From: Ignavibacteriales bacterium
Lineage (GTDB): Bacteria; Bacteroidota; Ignavibacteria; UBA10030; UBA6906
DNA: 64,000 bases
Assembly (NCBI GenBank): GCA_037441705.1
Contig: JBBIRR010000001.1
Coordinates: 226,447 to 290,446 of the forward strand
Reading direction: 5' to 3'
Part shown: piece by piece, positions 31,514 to 39,649 of the stretch
How the letters are laid out: each line of letters starts with the position of its first letter
Position numbering within the stretch: position 1 is the first letter of the stretch
Translations under genes and position numbers: made by a program
The notes under the pieces: generated by a model
Seen by the model: only the letters and a program-made list of their open reading frames with translations
Database searches by the model: none
Told to the model about the DNA's origin: nothing

Positions 31514-32003
31514 AGTCCATTAGTTCCAATGGTGTGATAATTCTAATCGCTGAGGGGTAACCGTTCTTGATATTCACTTCACGAATCCTGCGCTCTTTGT
31601 TTACATTCGCTAAGTGCCTGTAGTTCCAGCTCAGGAGGTACTCGAAGCCGGAAACGACGCTAATCGCCACGTGATACGCATCGACAAGTTTTCTCCGGGG
31701 AATTATTTCCGCGAGCACGTAAGCCTCCGCAAGCCGTACAATCGCAGATGCATCAGTTATCTCCACTATCCGTATCCCGTACTCTTTGATGACGTTGAGC
31801 AGCATTCTTCGCCTCTCGGCGTCGTTGGTTGCTTCTATTTCCGCCAGTACGAACCTTGAGATCCACGCATCGTACTGCCCCGCCTTTACAAAGTCATCAA
31901 AAAAAGCACGAGTCACATCCTGCAGTTCAGGAACATCCTCTGCGTATAGGAAGTTGATCACAGAAGTGTCCAGATAGATTCTCGGCGGCTCGGACACGTT
32001 CAA
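31494..32003 (-). CDS. PIN-domain protein (VapC-like nuclease)
   Basis: N-terminal IYLDTSVI (first catalytic Asp), LAEIE (Glu) and DAYHVA (Asp) fit PIN-domain geometry. Non-ATG start (TTG 32003 or GTG 31997) immediately after the fadB-like stop codon. Confidence 0.6.
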   Translation of the reverse strand: MNVSEPPRIYLDTSVINFLYAEDVPELQDVTRAFFDDFVKAGQYDAWISRFVLAEIEATNDAERRRMLLNVIKEYGIRIVEITDASAIVRLAEAYVLAEIIPRRKLVDAYHVAISVVSGFEYLLSWNYRHLANVNKERRIREVNIKNGYPSAIRIITPLELMDYGTEDI

Positions 32004-34408
32004 TTCCTCAGCGGCTTCCCGTTCTTCAGCATGTACGCAAGCCGTTCCTGCGTCTTGCGTTCGCCAGCCAGGCTCAGGAACGCTTCACGCTCCAGGTCCA
32101 GAATGTACTGCTCGCTGACAAGAGTCTTTGCGGTCATGTCGCCGCCGCAGAGTACGTAGGCAAGTTTCGTCCCAACGTGCATGTCGTACTCGCTGATGCG
32201 GCCTGCGTTTTTCATCAGGTACATGCCTAACTTCAATGTTGCGAGCGCCGGCTCTCCTAATGCAGGAATGTCGGTGCGCGGCACGGGTTGCTTGTAGCCC
32301 TCTTTCACCATCGCCAGAACCGTTGCCTTGGCATCAGCAAGCAGGTAGTCTCTGTTCATCGTGATGCCGTCGGACGCGCGGAGAAAGCCCAGCTCCTTCG
32401 CTTCGACGGCGCTGGTAGAGACTTTCGCCATCCCGATTGTCTCAAACACGCGCTTGACCAGCGGGAAAAAATCCACGTCGGAATCTTTCGGCACGCCCTC
32501 GACCATGCGCACGAGCATCTCCTTGCATCCTCCGCCTGCGGGAATGATGCCGACGCCGACTTCGACGAGTCCCATGTACAGCTCCGCCGCCGCGCGGATA
32601 CGATCGGCGCCAAGGGCAAATTCACATCCGCCGCCCAGCGTCATGCCGAACGGCGCCGCGACCACCGGCCTAGGGGAGTACTTGAGCGATTGCGTTGCCT
32701 TCTGAAAGGCGCGCGCCATCATATCCAACTCATCCCAATCGCCTTCCTGTGCGGCCATCAGCATGATCATGATGTTGGCGCCGACGGAGAAATTCTCTCC
32801 TTCATTACCAACAACCAATCCTTCAAAATTCTTCCCGACCTCCTGCACGGCATAGTGTGTCATGGAAAGGATGTCTTCGCCGATAGCGTTCATCTTCGAA
32901 TGAAACTCCAGACACGCAACACCATCGCCAATGTCAATCAGACTCGCGCCTGCATTCTTTTTTATGACCTTGTTCCTGTCCTTGAACGACGGCAGGAGAA
33001 GCAGTCCGGGCTTTTCTTCGACAGGGACATGCTTTTCTGACTTCACATCAAAAAAGAACGTCGTGCCGTTGCGGCGTTCGTAAAATGTTTTCTTTCCCGA
33101 CCTGAGAAGCTGTTCGACAAGCTGCGGTATGGGCTTGCCATCTGCCTGCATCTTCTTCACGGAATCTTCAACCCCGATGGCGTCCCAGGTTTCGAACGGA
33201 CCGAACTGCCAGTTGAACCCCCAGCGCATGGCCCGGTCCACGTTCACGATGTCGTCGGAGATTTCCGGGATGCGATTGGCCGCGTAGAGAAGAACGTCAC
33301 GCGTTGTCTTCCAGATAAACTGGCCGGCGCGGTCGTTCGCATACGTCAGCATTTTCAGTCGCTCGGCCAGGTTTTCGATGTTCTTGCCGGTCTCGATGGA
33401 AGCGAACTTTGCTTTCTGTCTCGGTCGGTACTGAAGCGTAGCGTAGTCGAGCGTGAGAATCTCGTTTTCACCGGCTCCCTTCGTCTTCTTGTAGAAGCCC
33501 TGCTTCGTCTTATCGCCCAGCATCTTGTTCTCGACCATCTTCTGAATGAAGTCGGGGACGATGAACATCTCACGCATCTCGTCGTCGGGCACGGCATCGT
33601 ACAAATTCTTTGCAACGTGCACAAGGGTATCGATGCCGACCAGGTCGCCGGTGCGGAATGTGGCACTCTTCGGCTTGCCGGTTGCAGGCCCCGTGAGTTG
33701 ATCCACCTCTTCAATCGTGTACCCCCCTTCCAGCATCGTGCGGATAGCAGACATCATCGCAAAGACGCCGATGCGGTTGGCGATGAAGTTCGGGCGATCT
33801 TTGCAGTACACGATGCCCTTGCCCAACACGCGCTCGCCGAACGAGGCCATCGTCGCAACGACCTCGGGGAGTGTTTCGTTCGTCGGGATGATTTCCAGAA
33901 GCCGCATGTAACGCGGCGGATTGAAGAAATGCGTGCCGAGAAAGTGTTTACGAAAATCGTCGGACAGTCCCTGAGCGATTGCCGCAATGGGGATGCCCGA
34001 GGTGTTCGACGACACGATGGTGCCGGGCGTGCGCAGGGCATCAACTTTCTTCAGCAGCGATTGCTTGATGTCGAGTCGTTCAACGACAACTTCGATAATC
34101 CAATCAACTTCCTTGACCCAACCGAGATTGTCCTCGAAGTTCCCCACCGTAATGAGCCTGGCAAAGTCAGGCGAGTAGAACGCCGCTGGCCGCGCCTTTC
34201 GGGCCGAGTCAAGGCCGGCATTCACGATGCGATTTCGCACCGCCGGACTCGCAAGCGTCAACCCCTTCGCGGCCTCTTCCGGGGCGAGGTCGTTCGGAAC
34301 GATGTCGAGGAGATAGGAGGGAATCCCTGCGTTGGCGAGATGGGCGGCAATGGCCGAGCCCATCACGCCCGAGCCGAGGACGGCGACTTTAGTGATTGTT
34401 CCGATCAT
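32000..34408 (-). CDS. Bifunctional 3-hydroxyacyl-CoA dehydrogenase / enoyl-CoA hydratase (FadB/FadJ-like, dehydrogenase domain N-terminal)
   Basis: N-terminal NAD-binding VAVLGSGVMGSAIAAHLA and 3HCDH domains. C-terminal crotonase fold (VVAAPFGMTLGGGCEFALGADR). 802 aa. Confidence 0.85.
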   Translation of the reverse strand: MIGTITKVAVLGSGVMGSAIAAHLANAGIPSYLLDIVPNDLAPEEAAKGLTLASPAVRNRIVNAGLDSARKARPAAFYSPDFARLITVGNFEDNLGWVKEVDWIIEVVVERLDIKQSLLKKVDALRTPGTIVSSNTSGIPIAAIAQGLSDDFRKHFLGTHFFNPPRYMRLLEIIPTNETLPEVVATMASFGERVLGKGIVYCKDRPNFIANRIGVFAMMSAIRTMLEGGYTIEEVDQLTGPATGKPKSATFRTGDLVGIDTLVHVAKNLYDAVPDDEMREMFIVPDFIQKMVENKMLGDKTKQGFYKKTKGAGENEILTLDYATLQYRPRQKAKFASIETGKNIENLAERLKMLTYANDRAGQFIWKTTRDVLLYAANRIPEISDDIVNVDRAMRWGFNWQFGPFETWDAIGVEDSVKKMQADGKPIPQLVEQLLRSGKKTFYERRNGTTFFFDVKSEKHVPVEEKPGLLLLPSFKDRNKVIKKNAGASLIDIGDGVACLEFHSKMNAIGEDILSMTHYAVQEVGKNFEGLVVGNEGENFSVGANIMIMLMAAQEGDWDELDMMARAFQKATQSLKYSPRPVVAAPFGMTLGGGCEFALGADRIRAAAELYMGLVEVGVGIIPAGGGCKEMLVRMVEGVPKDSDVDFFPLVKRVFETIGMAKVSTSAVEAKELGFLRASDGITMNRDYLLADAKATVLAMVKEGYKQPVPRTDIPALGEPALATLKLGMYLMKNAGRISEYDMHVGTKLAYVLCGGDMTAKTLVSEQYILDLEREAFLSLAGERKTQERLAYMLKNGKPLRN

Positions 34409-34464
34409 GTTTTTCCTGTGACATTAGGTACGAAGAACACCTGTGACAGGAGCATCAGCCGCTC

Positions 34465-34788
34465 TCATCGCAGCAAACGATCCTGCAGCAGCAGCTCGAT
34501 ATCCCTTCTTCCGTCCAGCACGCAATGGATGTAAACGTGCTTGCGCCCAATCCGGTAGACGATCCGATATGGTCGCGCATCGATCTCCTGAAACTCTGTT
34601 ACGCCAAACGCCAGGAGCTCCGGCGGGACGCGTCCCCGTTGCGGATCGGTTTCGAGCGTGCCTGCCAGCCGTTCGAGTTTTTCGATCAACGCGCTTGCCC
34701 GCGAGAACGATTCACTCTCCGCGACGTGTTTGAAGATGTCGAATAAATCCGCCTGCGCATCATCCGACATCATGACATGATACTTCAT
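34465..34788 (-). CDS. Type II toxin, ParE/RelE family
   Basis: 107 aa with a ParE-like C-terminal region (YRIVYRIGRKHVYIHCVLDGRRD). It overlaps the upstream Phd/YefM gene by 4 bp. Confidence 0.7.
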   Translation of the reverse strand: MKYHVMMSDDAQADLFDIFKHVAESESFSRASALIEKLERLAGTLETDPQRGRVPPELLAFGVTEFQEIDARPYRIVYRIGRKHVYIHCVLDGRRDIELLLQDRLLR

Positions 34789-35072
34789 AGCGAATGCTCA
34801 AAACGCTGCATGCGCTGTTTGAGATGAGCAAACGCCTGCCTGAGAGTCGTAAATCTCCCCTTACGAAAACTCTGGCTGCTTTGCGCCAGGATCTTCAGCA
34901 TCGCCAGTGTTTGCTGCTGCCGTTCGTACACCTTGACATCCTGCACGACAACCCTCGCTTCGCCGTTGTGCGTTACCACCAGGGTCTTCTGATTCTTGAC
35001 GATGTCACGGATCAGCTCCGATGCATGCGCCTTCAGATAACTGATGGGTTTGATGGAGTCGCTGAGTTTCAT
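34785..35072 (-). CDS. Type II antitoxin, Phd/YefM family
   Basis: 95 aa with a Phd/YefM-like N-terminus (ISYLKAHASELIRDIVKNQKTLVVTHNGEARVVVQDVKVYE). Confidence 0.7.
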   Translation of the reverse strand: MKLSDSIKPISYLKAHASELIRDIVKNQKTLVVTHNGEARVVVQDVKVYERQQQTLAMLKILAQSSQSFRKGRFTTLRQAFAHLKQRMQRFEHSL

Positions 35073-35169
35073 GGATGAACGCGGGTAATTGGTCTGACCT
35101 GAATATGGTCTAAATTCAGGTCAAAGGCAAGGGGCGAATAGGAAAGAACGGGCTGCGCGCTGCGACGGG

Positions 35170-36978
35170 CTATTCGTGCACTTCCACCATTTCGTACTGC
35201 TGGTAGAGTGCTTCGATCTGATCGTGGAACTCCTGTTCGATAATCCGGCGCTTGAGCTTCATGGTGGGAGTCAACTGTCCGTCGGCGATCGTCAGTTCGT
35301 GATCACTGATGATGAACTTGATGATTCGTTCCCACTTGTTCAGGCCGAGATTCACCCTGCCCACTTCTTCCTCAAACAACTGCTGCACCTCGGGGCGCGC
35401 AATCAGCTCGGTTAGGCCGGCGTACTCAATGCGGTTCTGCAGCGCCCAGAGTTTCAGGTTCGGGAATTTGGGAAAGAGGATAGCAATAGCGAACTTCCGT
35501 CCTTCGCCGATGACCGCGGCGTGTTCGATGTAGCGGCTGTTGCGCAGGCTCGCCTCGATCGGTCCGGGCGCGATGAACTTGCCGCTGGATTTCTTGATCA
35601 GATCTCTCTTCCGATCAGTGATGAAAAGGAAGCCGTCCTTGTCCAGATATCCGACATCTCCCGTCTTGAACCAGTCCCCGTCGAACACCTCGGCCGTTTT
35701 TTCCGGTGCGTTGTAGAACCCCTTCATTACGTTCGGACCCCGCACGAGGATTTCGCCATCCTCGGCAATTTTCACCTCGACGTTATCAATCGGTGGGCCG
35801 ACGGAGCCAAGCTTGTTGCGCCCGCTGCGATTGACCGTGACGACGGGAGAGGTTTCCGTAAGTCCGTACCCTTGAATGACGGGAAAGCCGGCAGCAAGAA
35901 GCACGCGTGCGAGTTCGGGATGCAGCGGCGCGCTGCCGGAGAGAATGAGCCGAAACGCTCCGCCGAGCGCGGCACGCCACTTCGAGAACACCAACGCAGA
36001 AGCAACCCGCAGCCTGATGCGATACCACAAAGGCATCGTGCCCCAGGGATCGTACTGCTTCGCCAGCGAGAGGGCCCAGAAGAAAAGCGTTCGCTTCAGG
36101 CCGCGCAGCTCATTACCTTTCACGAGAATGCGATCATACACTTTTTCCAGCATCCGCGGCACGGCCGCCATGATCGTGGGCTTCACTTCTAAGAGATTCT
36201 CCGGAATCTTCTCCATCGACTCCGCAAACCAGACAGGAACGCCGTGATAGAGATACATGTTGATCATCGTCCGCTCGAAGATGTGCGAGAGCGGAAGAAA
36301 GGAGAAGACGACATCCGTTGCCGGAAGCCACTCGAAGTCCGCTCCCGCGTCGATGGCGTTCGAGACAAGATTGCGATGCGTGAGCAGTACGCCCTTCGGT
36401 GCGGCTGTTGTGCCGGAGGTGTACATGAGGGTTGCGATGTCGTCGGGCTTCACGGCCAGGCGCAGCGTGTCATACAATGTCGGCTCGCGTTCGTCCAACG
36501 CCTTGCCCGCGCGTTCCAGCTCATCCAGCGTGACAATCTTCTCGCCTTCGGCAAACGACGAGAAGATGATGACCCGCTTGAGGAATCCGCGCTCGATGAT
36601 CGGCTTGACTTTGTTGTACAGATCGAGACTCGACACGATGAGAACAGTGCAGTTTGCGTCGCGCAGGATGTACTCGATTTGCTCTGCGATTTGCGTGATG
36701 TACAACGGCACGGTTGCCGCTCCGAGGGCCAACACCGCGTAGTCCGACATCACCCACTGCGGAGAGTTTTCAGCAAGCAGGCCGACGTGATCACTCTTGC
36801 GCACGCCGTGGTGGTAGAGGCCGAGCGCGCGCAACCGAACGTGCCGTACAATCTCGTCGGAGGAAAAGCCCACCCAACGTCCGTTCACTTTGTAATTCAA
36901 TTGCTTCGGACGCGAATGTACGGCGTGGTGGTATGCGAGGAGTTCGTTAAGTGTAGTTGGCTGATTCATGGAGTCCAC
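35170..36978 (-). CDS. fadD: Long-chain fatty-acid--CoA ligase (AMP-binding enzyme)
   Basis: AMP-binding motifs YTSGTTAAPKGVLLTH, GYGLTETSP, FKTGDVGYLDKDGFLFITDRKRDLIK. 602 aa. Confidence 0.85.
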   Translation of the reverse strand: MDSMNQPTTLNELLAYHHAVHSRPKQLNYKVNGRWVGFSSDEIVRHVRLRALGLYHHGVRKSDHVGLLAENSPQWVMSDYAVLALGAATVPLYITQIAEQIEYILRDANCTVLIVSSLDLYNKVKPIIERGFLKRVIIFSSFAEGEKIVTLDELERAGKALDEREPTLYDTLRLAVKPDDIATLMYTSGTTAAPKGVLLTHRNLVSNAIDAGADFEWLPATDVVFSFLPLSHIFERTMINMYLYHGVPVWFAESMEKIPENLLEVKPTIMAAVPRMLEKVYDRILVKGNELRGLKRTLFFWALSLAKQYDPWGTMPLWYRIRLRVASALVFSKWRAALGGAFRLILSGSAPLHPELARVLLAAGFPVIQGYGLTETSPVVTVNRSGRNKLGSVGPPIDNVEVKIAEDGEILVRGPNVMKGFYNAPEKTAEVFDGDWFKTGDVGYLDKDGFLFITDRKRDLIKKSSGKFIAPGPIEASLRNSRYIEHAAVIGEGRKFAIAILFPKFPNLKLWALQNRIEYAGLTELIARPEVQQLFEEEVGRVNLGLNKWERIIKFIISDHELTIADGQLTPTMKLKRRIIEQEFHDQIEALYQQYEMVEVHE

Positions 36979-37079
36979 GTCGTTCGTCGAACTTAAGATC
37001 GGGGAGAGATCAAATGCACGCGTGCGGAAAAATGATAGGGAATGCTCAAGGGAAAAGCAAGGAGCCGGCGCAACAACGA

Positions 37080-38552
37080 TCAGGAGGGCGATGCCGGCGT
37101 AGGCTCGCCGAGCACCTGCTTCAATTCCTGCAATGACTGAAAGTCAGGGTCCGCTTGCTTCCACAACTCCAACAGCCTGCCGCCAATCTCCCGGGTCATG
37201 CGTCTATCCCCTTGCGCTTTGTACACCCGCGCCAGGGTAAGTAGCGCCTCCGGGTTGTTCGGATTGTAGCGAAGCGCATCGTCCAGCGCATCCAGCGCCC
37301 TGTCATAGTCACCGTGCTTGAGGTGGATCGCCGCCATCCGGTGGTACACCTCGGCCCTGGTGAGTTCTGTTCCGTATTGCAGGGCGCTGTCGCACACTGC
37401 GAGAGCCTCATCCAACCTCTCCTGCTCTTCCAACAGGCGCCCCTGCAGGAGATGAAATTGCAGCATCACCGCTGATTCCCCCAAGTTCCGACGCAGGATT
37501 TCGTTTCGGATTCCTTCGAGCATGGTTTCCGCCTCTTTCAGTCGTTTCATCCTCAGAAGCGCAAACGCCCGGCCGAAAGCCCATCGGAAGTTGAGGCTGT
37601 CGAGTGCCTTAGCCTTGTCGAACAACTGAAGGGCTTGCTCGTAGTGTCCTCGTCGAAGCTCAAGATTCGCATCGAGGGCGAGGTGGCTGGCTTGCATCTG
37701 TAAGCTCGGCGGGATTTTTGTCATGCCGAGATCGTATTGCTGTTCTGCCTCCTTCAATCGGCCCAACACGGCATAGACGTCACCGATGCGCGTGATGGCG
37801 TACCAATAGTCTGGCTTGAATTCCAGGGAAGCCCTGTACTGCTGGAGCGCTTCCGAGTATCGCCCGGAGCGAAACAGAATATCCGCAAAACTGGCCCGCG
37901 GATCGGCAGCATCGGGGACGAGTTCGATGTAGCGCTGCATCGCCTTGATGGCCTCCGTTTCTTTCCCGCGGGCAGAGTAGGCGTACCCGAGGCTCATTAC
38001 CGCGGGGGCGTATGAGGGATCTGCCTCCACGGCTTTCCTGTACATCTCGAGCGCCGCATCGGCTCGTTTGTTCATCTCCAGTAGGTCGCCGCGGAACACA
38101 AACGCTTCGGCATTGTCGGGAAAGGAGGTGGTGAGAGAATCTGCAACACGCAGGGCTTCGGCATTGCGGAAGTGAAACAGATGATCGAGCATGCGAATAA
38201 ACTGCTGCTCATAAAGGCTTACGGCACCAGACTTGCGAACGGCTTTGCCGATTTCCATCCGGGCACTGTCCTCGCTCCCCGCCCGGTAATACAACAAACC
38301 CAATCTGGAGTAGGCCATCGCAAAGTTCGTGTCGAGCTGCGTGGCCTGCCGAAGCACCTCTTTGGCTTCCGTGAAATAGAATTTCTCGAGGAGGGTCACC
38401 CCTTCATCATAGAGTTTCCGCGCTTCGTCGGAGCTGGTGGTGAGCTTCCGCTTCTCATCGCATCCCCCCAGCAGCAACGCAGCGCACACAAGACTGCCGA
38501 CTAAACCCAACCATGTGCGCTGCGCGTTCATGACCGCTCGCTTGCATACCAT
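37080..38552 (-). CDS. TPR-repeat lipoprotein
   Basis: Signal and lipobox (LLLGGCDE; probable start MNAQRTW). More than eight TPR-like helical repeats. Confidence 0.7.
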   Translation of the reverse strand: MVCKRAVMNAQRTWLGLVGSLVCAALLLGGCDEKRKLTTSSDEARKLYDEGVTLLEKFYFTEAKEVLRQATQLDTNFAMAYSRLGLLYYRAGSEDSARMEIGKAVRKSGAVSLYEQQFIRMLDHLFHFRNAEALRVADSLTTSFPDNAEAFVFRGDLLEMNKRADAALEMYRKAVEADPSYAPAVMSLGYAYSARGKETEAIKAMQRYIELVPDAADPRASFADILFRSGRYSEALQQYRASLEFKPDYWYAITRIGDVYAVLGRLKEAEQQYDLGMTKIPPSLQMQASHLALDANLELRRGHYEQALQLFDKAKALDSLNFRWAFGRAFALLRMKRLKEAETMLEGIRNEILRRNLGESAVMLQFHLLQGRLLEEQERLDEALAVCDSALQYGTELTRAEVYHRMAAIHLKHGDYDRALDALDDALRYNPNNPEALLTLARVYKAQGDRRMTREIGGRLLELWKQADPDFQSLQELKQVLGEPTPASPS

Positions 38553-38589
38553 CCTGCCTCAGTATACGGCCAACACCCGGGGCAGTTGC

Positions 38590-38871
38590 TCATGGAGTTT
38601 CTTGAGAAGGAGATTCGGAGGCTGAACCCGTGGGGTTCTCTCGAAGGGCACGGAGACGTTTCAACCCCGCCTCCACTCGCTCGATGCTCGCGTTGAGCAG
38701 CTCCATATAGTGATCCTGTTTTGCCTGATCGCCTCGGTGGGCTTGCATCATATACACGGCCATGCGCATAACACCCAGGGGATTATTGATTTCGTGGGCG
38801 ACTTCGCGTATGCCCGCCCTCAGGTTGGCAACCTGTGTTTGCAGATCAACTTCTGTGTGTGCCATCGCCAT
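38590..38871 (-). CDS. Stand-alone HisKA-like (dimerisation/phosphoacceptor) domain protein, no ATPase domain
   Basis: 93 aa with an NtrB-type H-box (REVAHEINNPLGVMRMAVYMM) in a predicted helical hairpin. No HATPase_c domain. It lies directly downstream of the HTH-REC regulator gene. Confidence 0.5.
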   Translation of the reverse strand: MAMAHTEVDLQTQVANLRAGIREVAHEINNPLGVMRMAVYMMQAHRGDQAKQDHYMELLNASIERVEAGLKRLRALRENPTGSASESPSQETP

Positions 38872-38886
38872 GGTCTTCTCGATTGG

Positions 38887-39507
38887 TTATCGAACAAGCT
38901 CGTCTTGAAGTACGGGAGTTTCTGATCGAATAAGTGTTGTCACCGTCTTGACAAGAAGACCAACATCCACCTGCTTGTCAAGGACGGCATCGGCTACCGA
39001 GTTCACCAGTTTCTCTTTCGTCTCACCGTTCATGTGGTTAGAGACGACAAGAACCTTCGTTCCATACTGCCCCTTGCGTGTGCGCAGAAGTTCCAGCACC
39101 CGCACGCCGTCAATGTTTGGAATCCGAACGTCAAGAATCAGCAGGTGAGGTTTCCGCTCGCCGATCATCAGCAAGCCCTCATACGGGTCATCCGTCGTCG
39201 CAATATCCACAGTTGGAAGTTCTGCGAAAATGACGCTCTTCACCATCTGCGCATAAGGCTTCTCATCGTCAATAATGAGGATGCGCGTGGCCGTTTCGTC
39301 AACATAATCAAAGGGAATATCCATGCCCGAGGCATCAAGGAATTTCTTGAGATTGACGGGCCAGATTCTGTAGTGGCCACCGTAGGTCGTAAACGCCTTG
39401 AGCGCGCCTTCGTAGATCCAGTTGAGGACGGTCTTCTTACTCACCCGACAGATGCTTGCGACCTGGCCGACGCCAAGCGGCTTCCTATAGGTTGTGGTAG
39501 AAGACAT
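38887..39507 (-). CDS. Response regulator with N-terminal excisionase/MerR-type HTH and C-terminal receiver domain
   Basis: N-terminal HTH_17-like (LGVGQVASICRVSKKTVLNWIYEG). C-terminal REC (ILIIDDE...LLILDVRIPNIDG...KVLVVS), which is the reverse of the usual REC-output domain order. Confidence 0.7.
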   Translation of the reverse strand: MSSTTTYRKPLGVGQVASICRVSKKTVLNWIYEGALKAFTTYGGHYRIWPVNLKKFLDASGMDIPFDYVDETATRILIIDDEKPYAQMVKSVIFAELPTVDIATTDDPYEGLLMIGERKPHLLILDVRIPNIDGVRVLELLRTRKGQYGTKVLVVSNHMNGETKEKLVNSVADAVLDKQVDVGLLVKTVTTLIRSETPVLQDELVR

Positions 39508-39577
39508 GGGGTGTGTTAGAAATGTTTTGCGTGATTTACTCGTTCAAAATATAACCAATCACGCCAGCGATGTCAAG

Positions 39578-39601
39578 AAAGCGGCGAACCCCAGCCGCCT
39601 T
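39578..39601 (-). terminator. Candidate terminator hairpin downstream of the hybrid kinase gene
   Basis: GCGGC-GAACCCCA-GCCGC stem-loop. On the minus strand it is followed by TTTCTTG. Confidence 0.35.
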
Positions 39602-39649
39602 CAGGCGACAGCGGTCACACGCCGAATGAGGGCGAGAGATTCGTGAAGG

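Noticed and set aside
32288-34534. Plus-strand ORFs 32288-33040 and 33617-34534
   Set aside because: Antisense shadows of the 802-aa fadB-like gene, which has clear NAD-binding and crotonase motifs.
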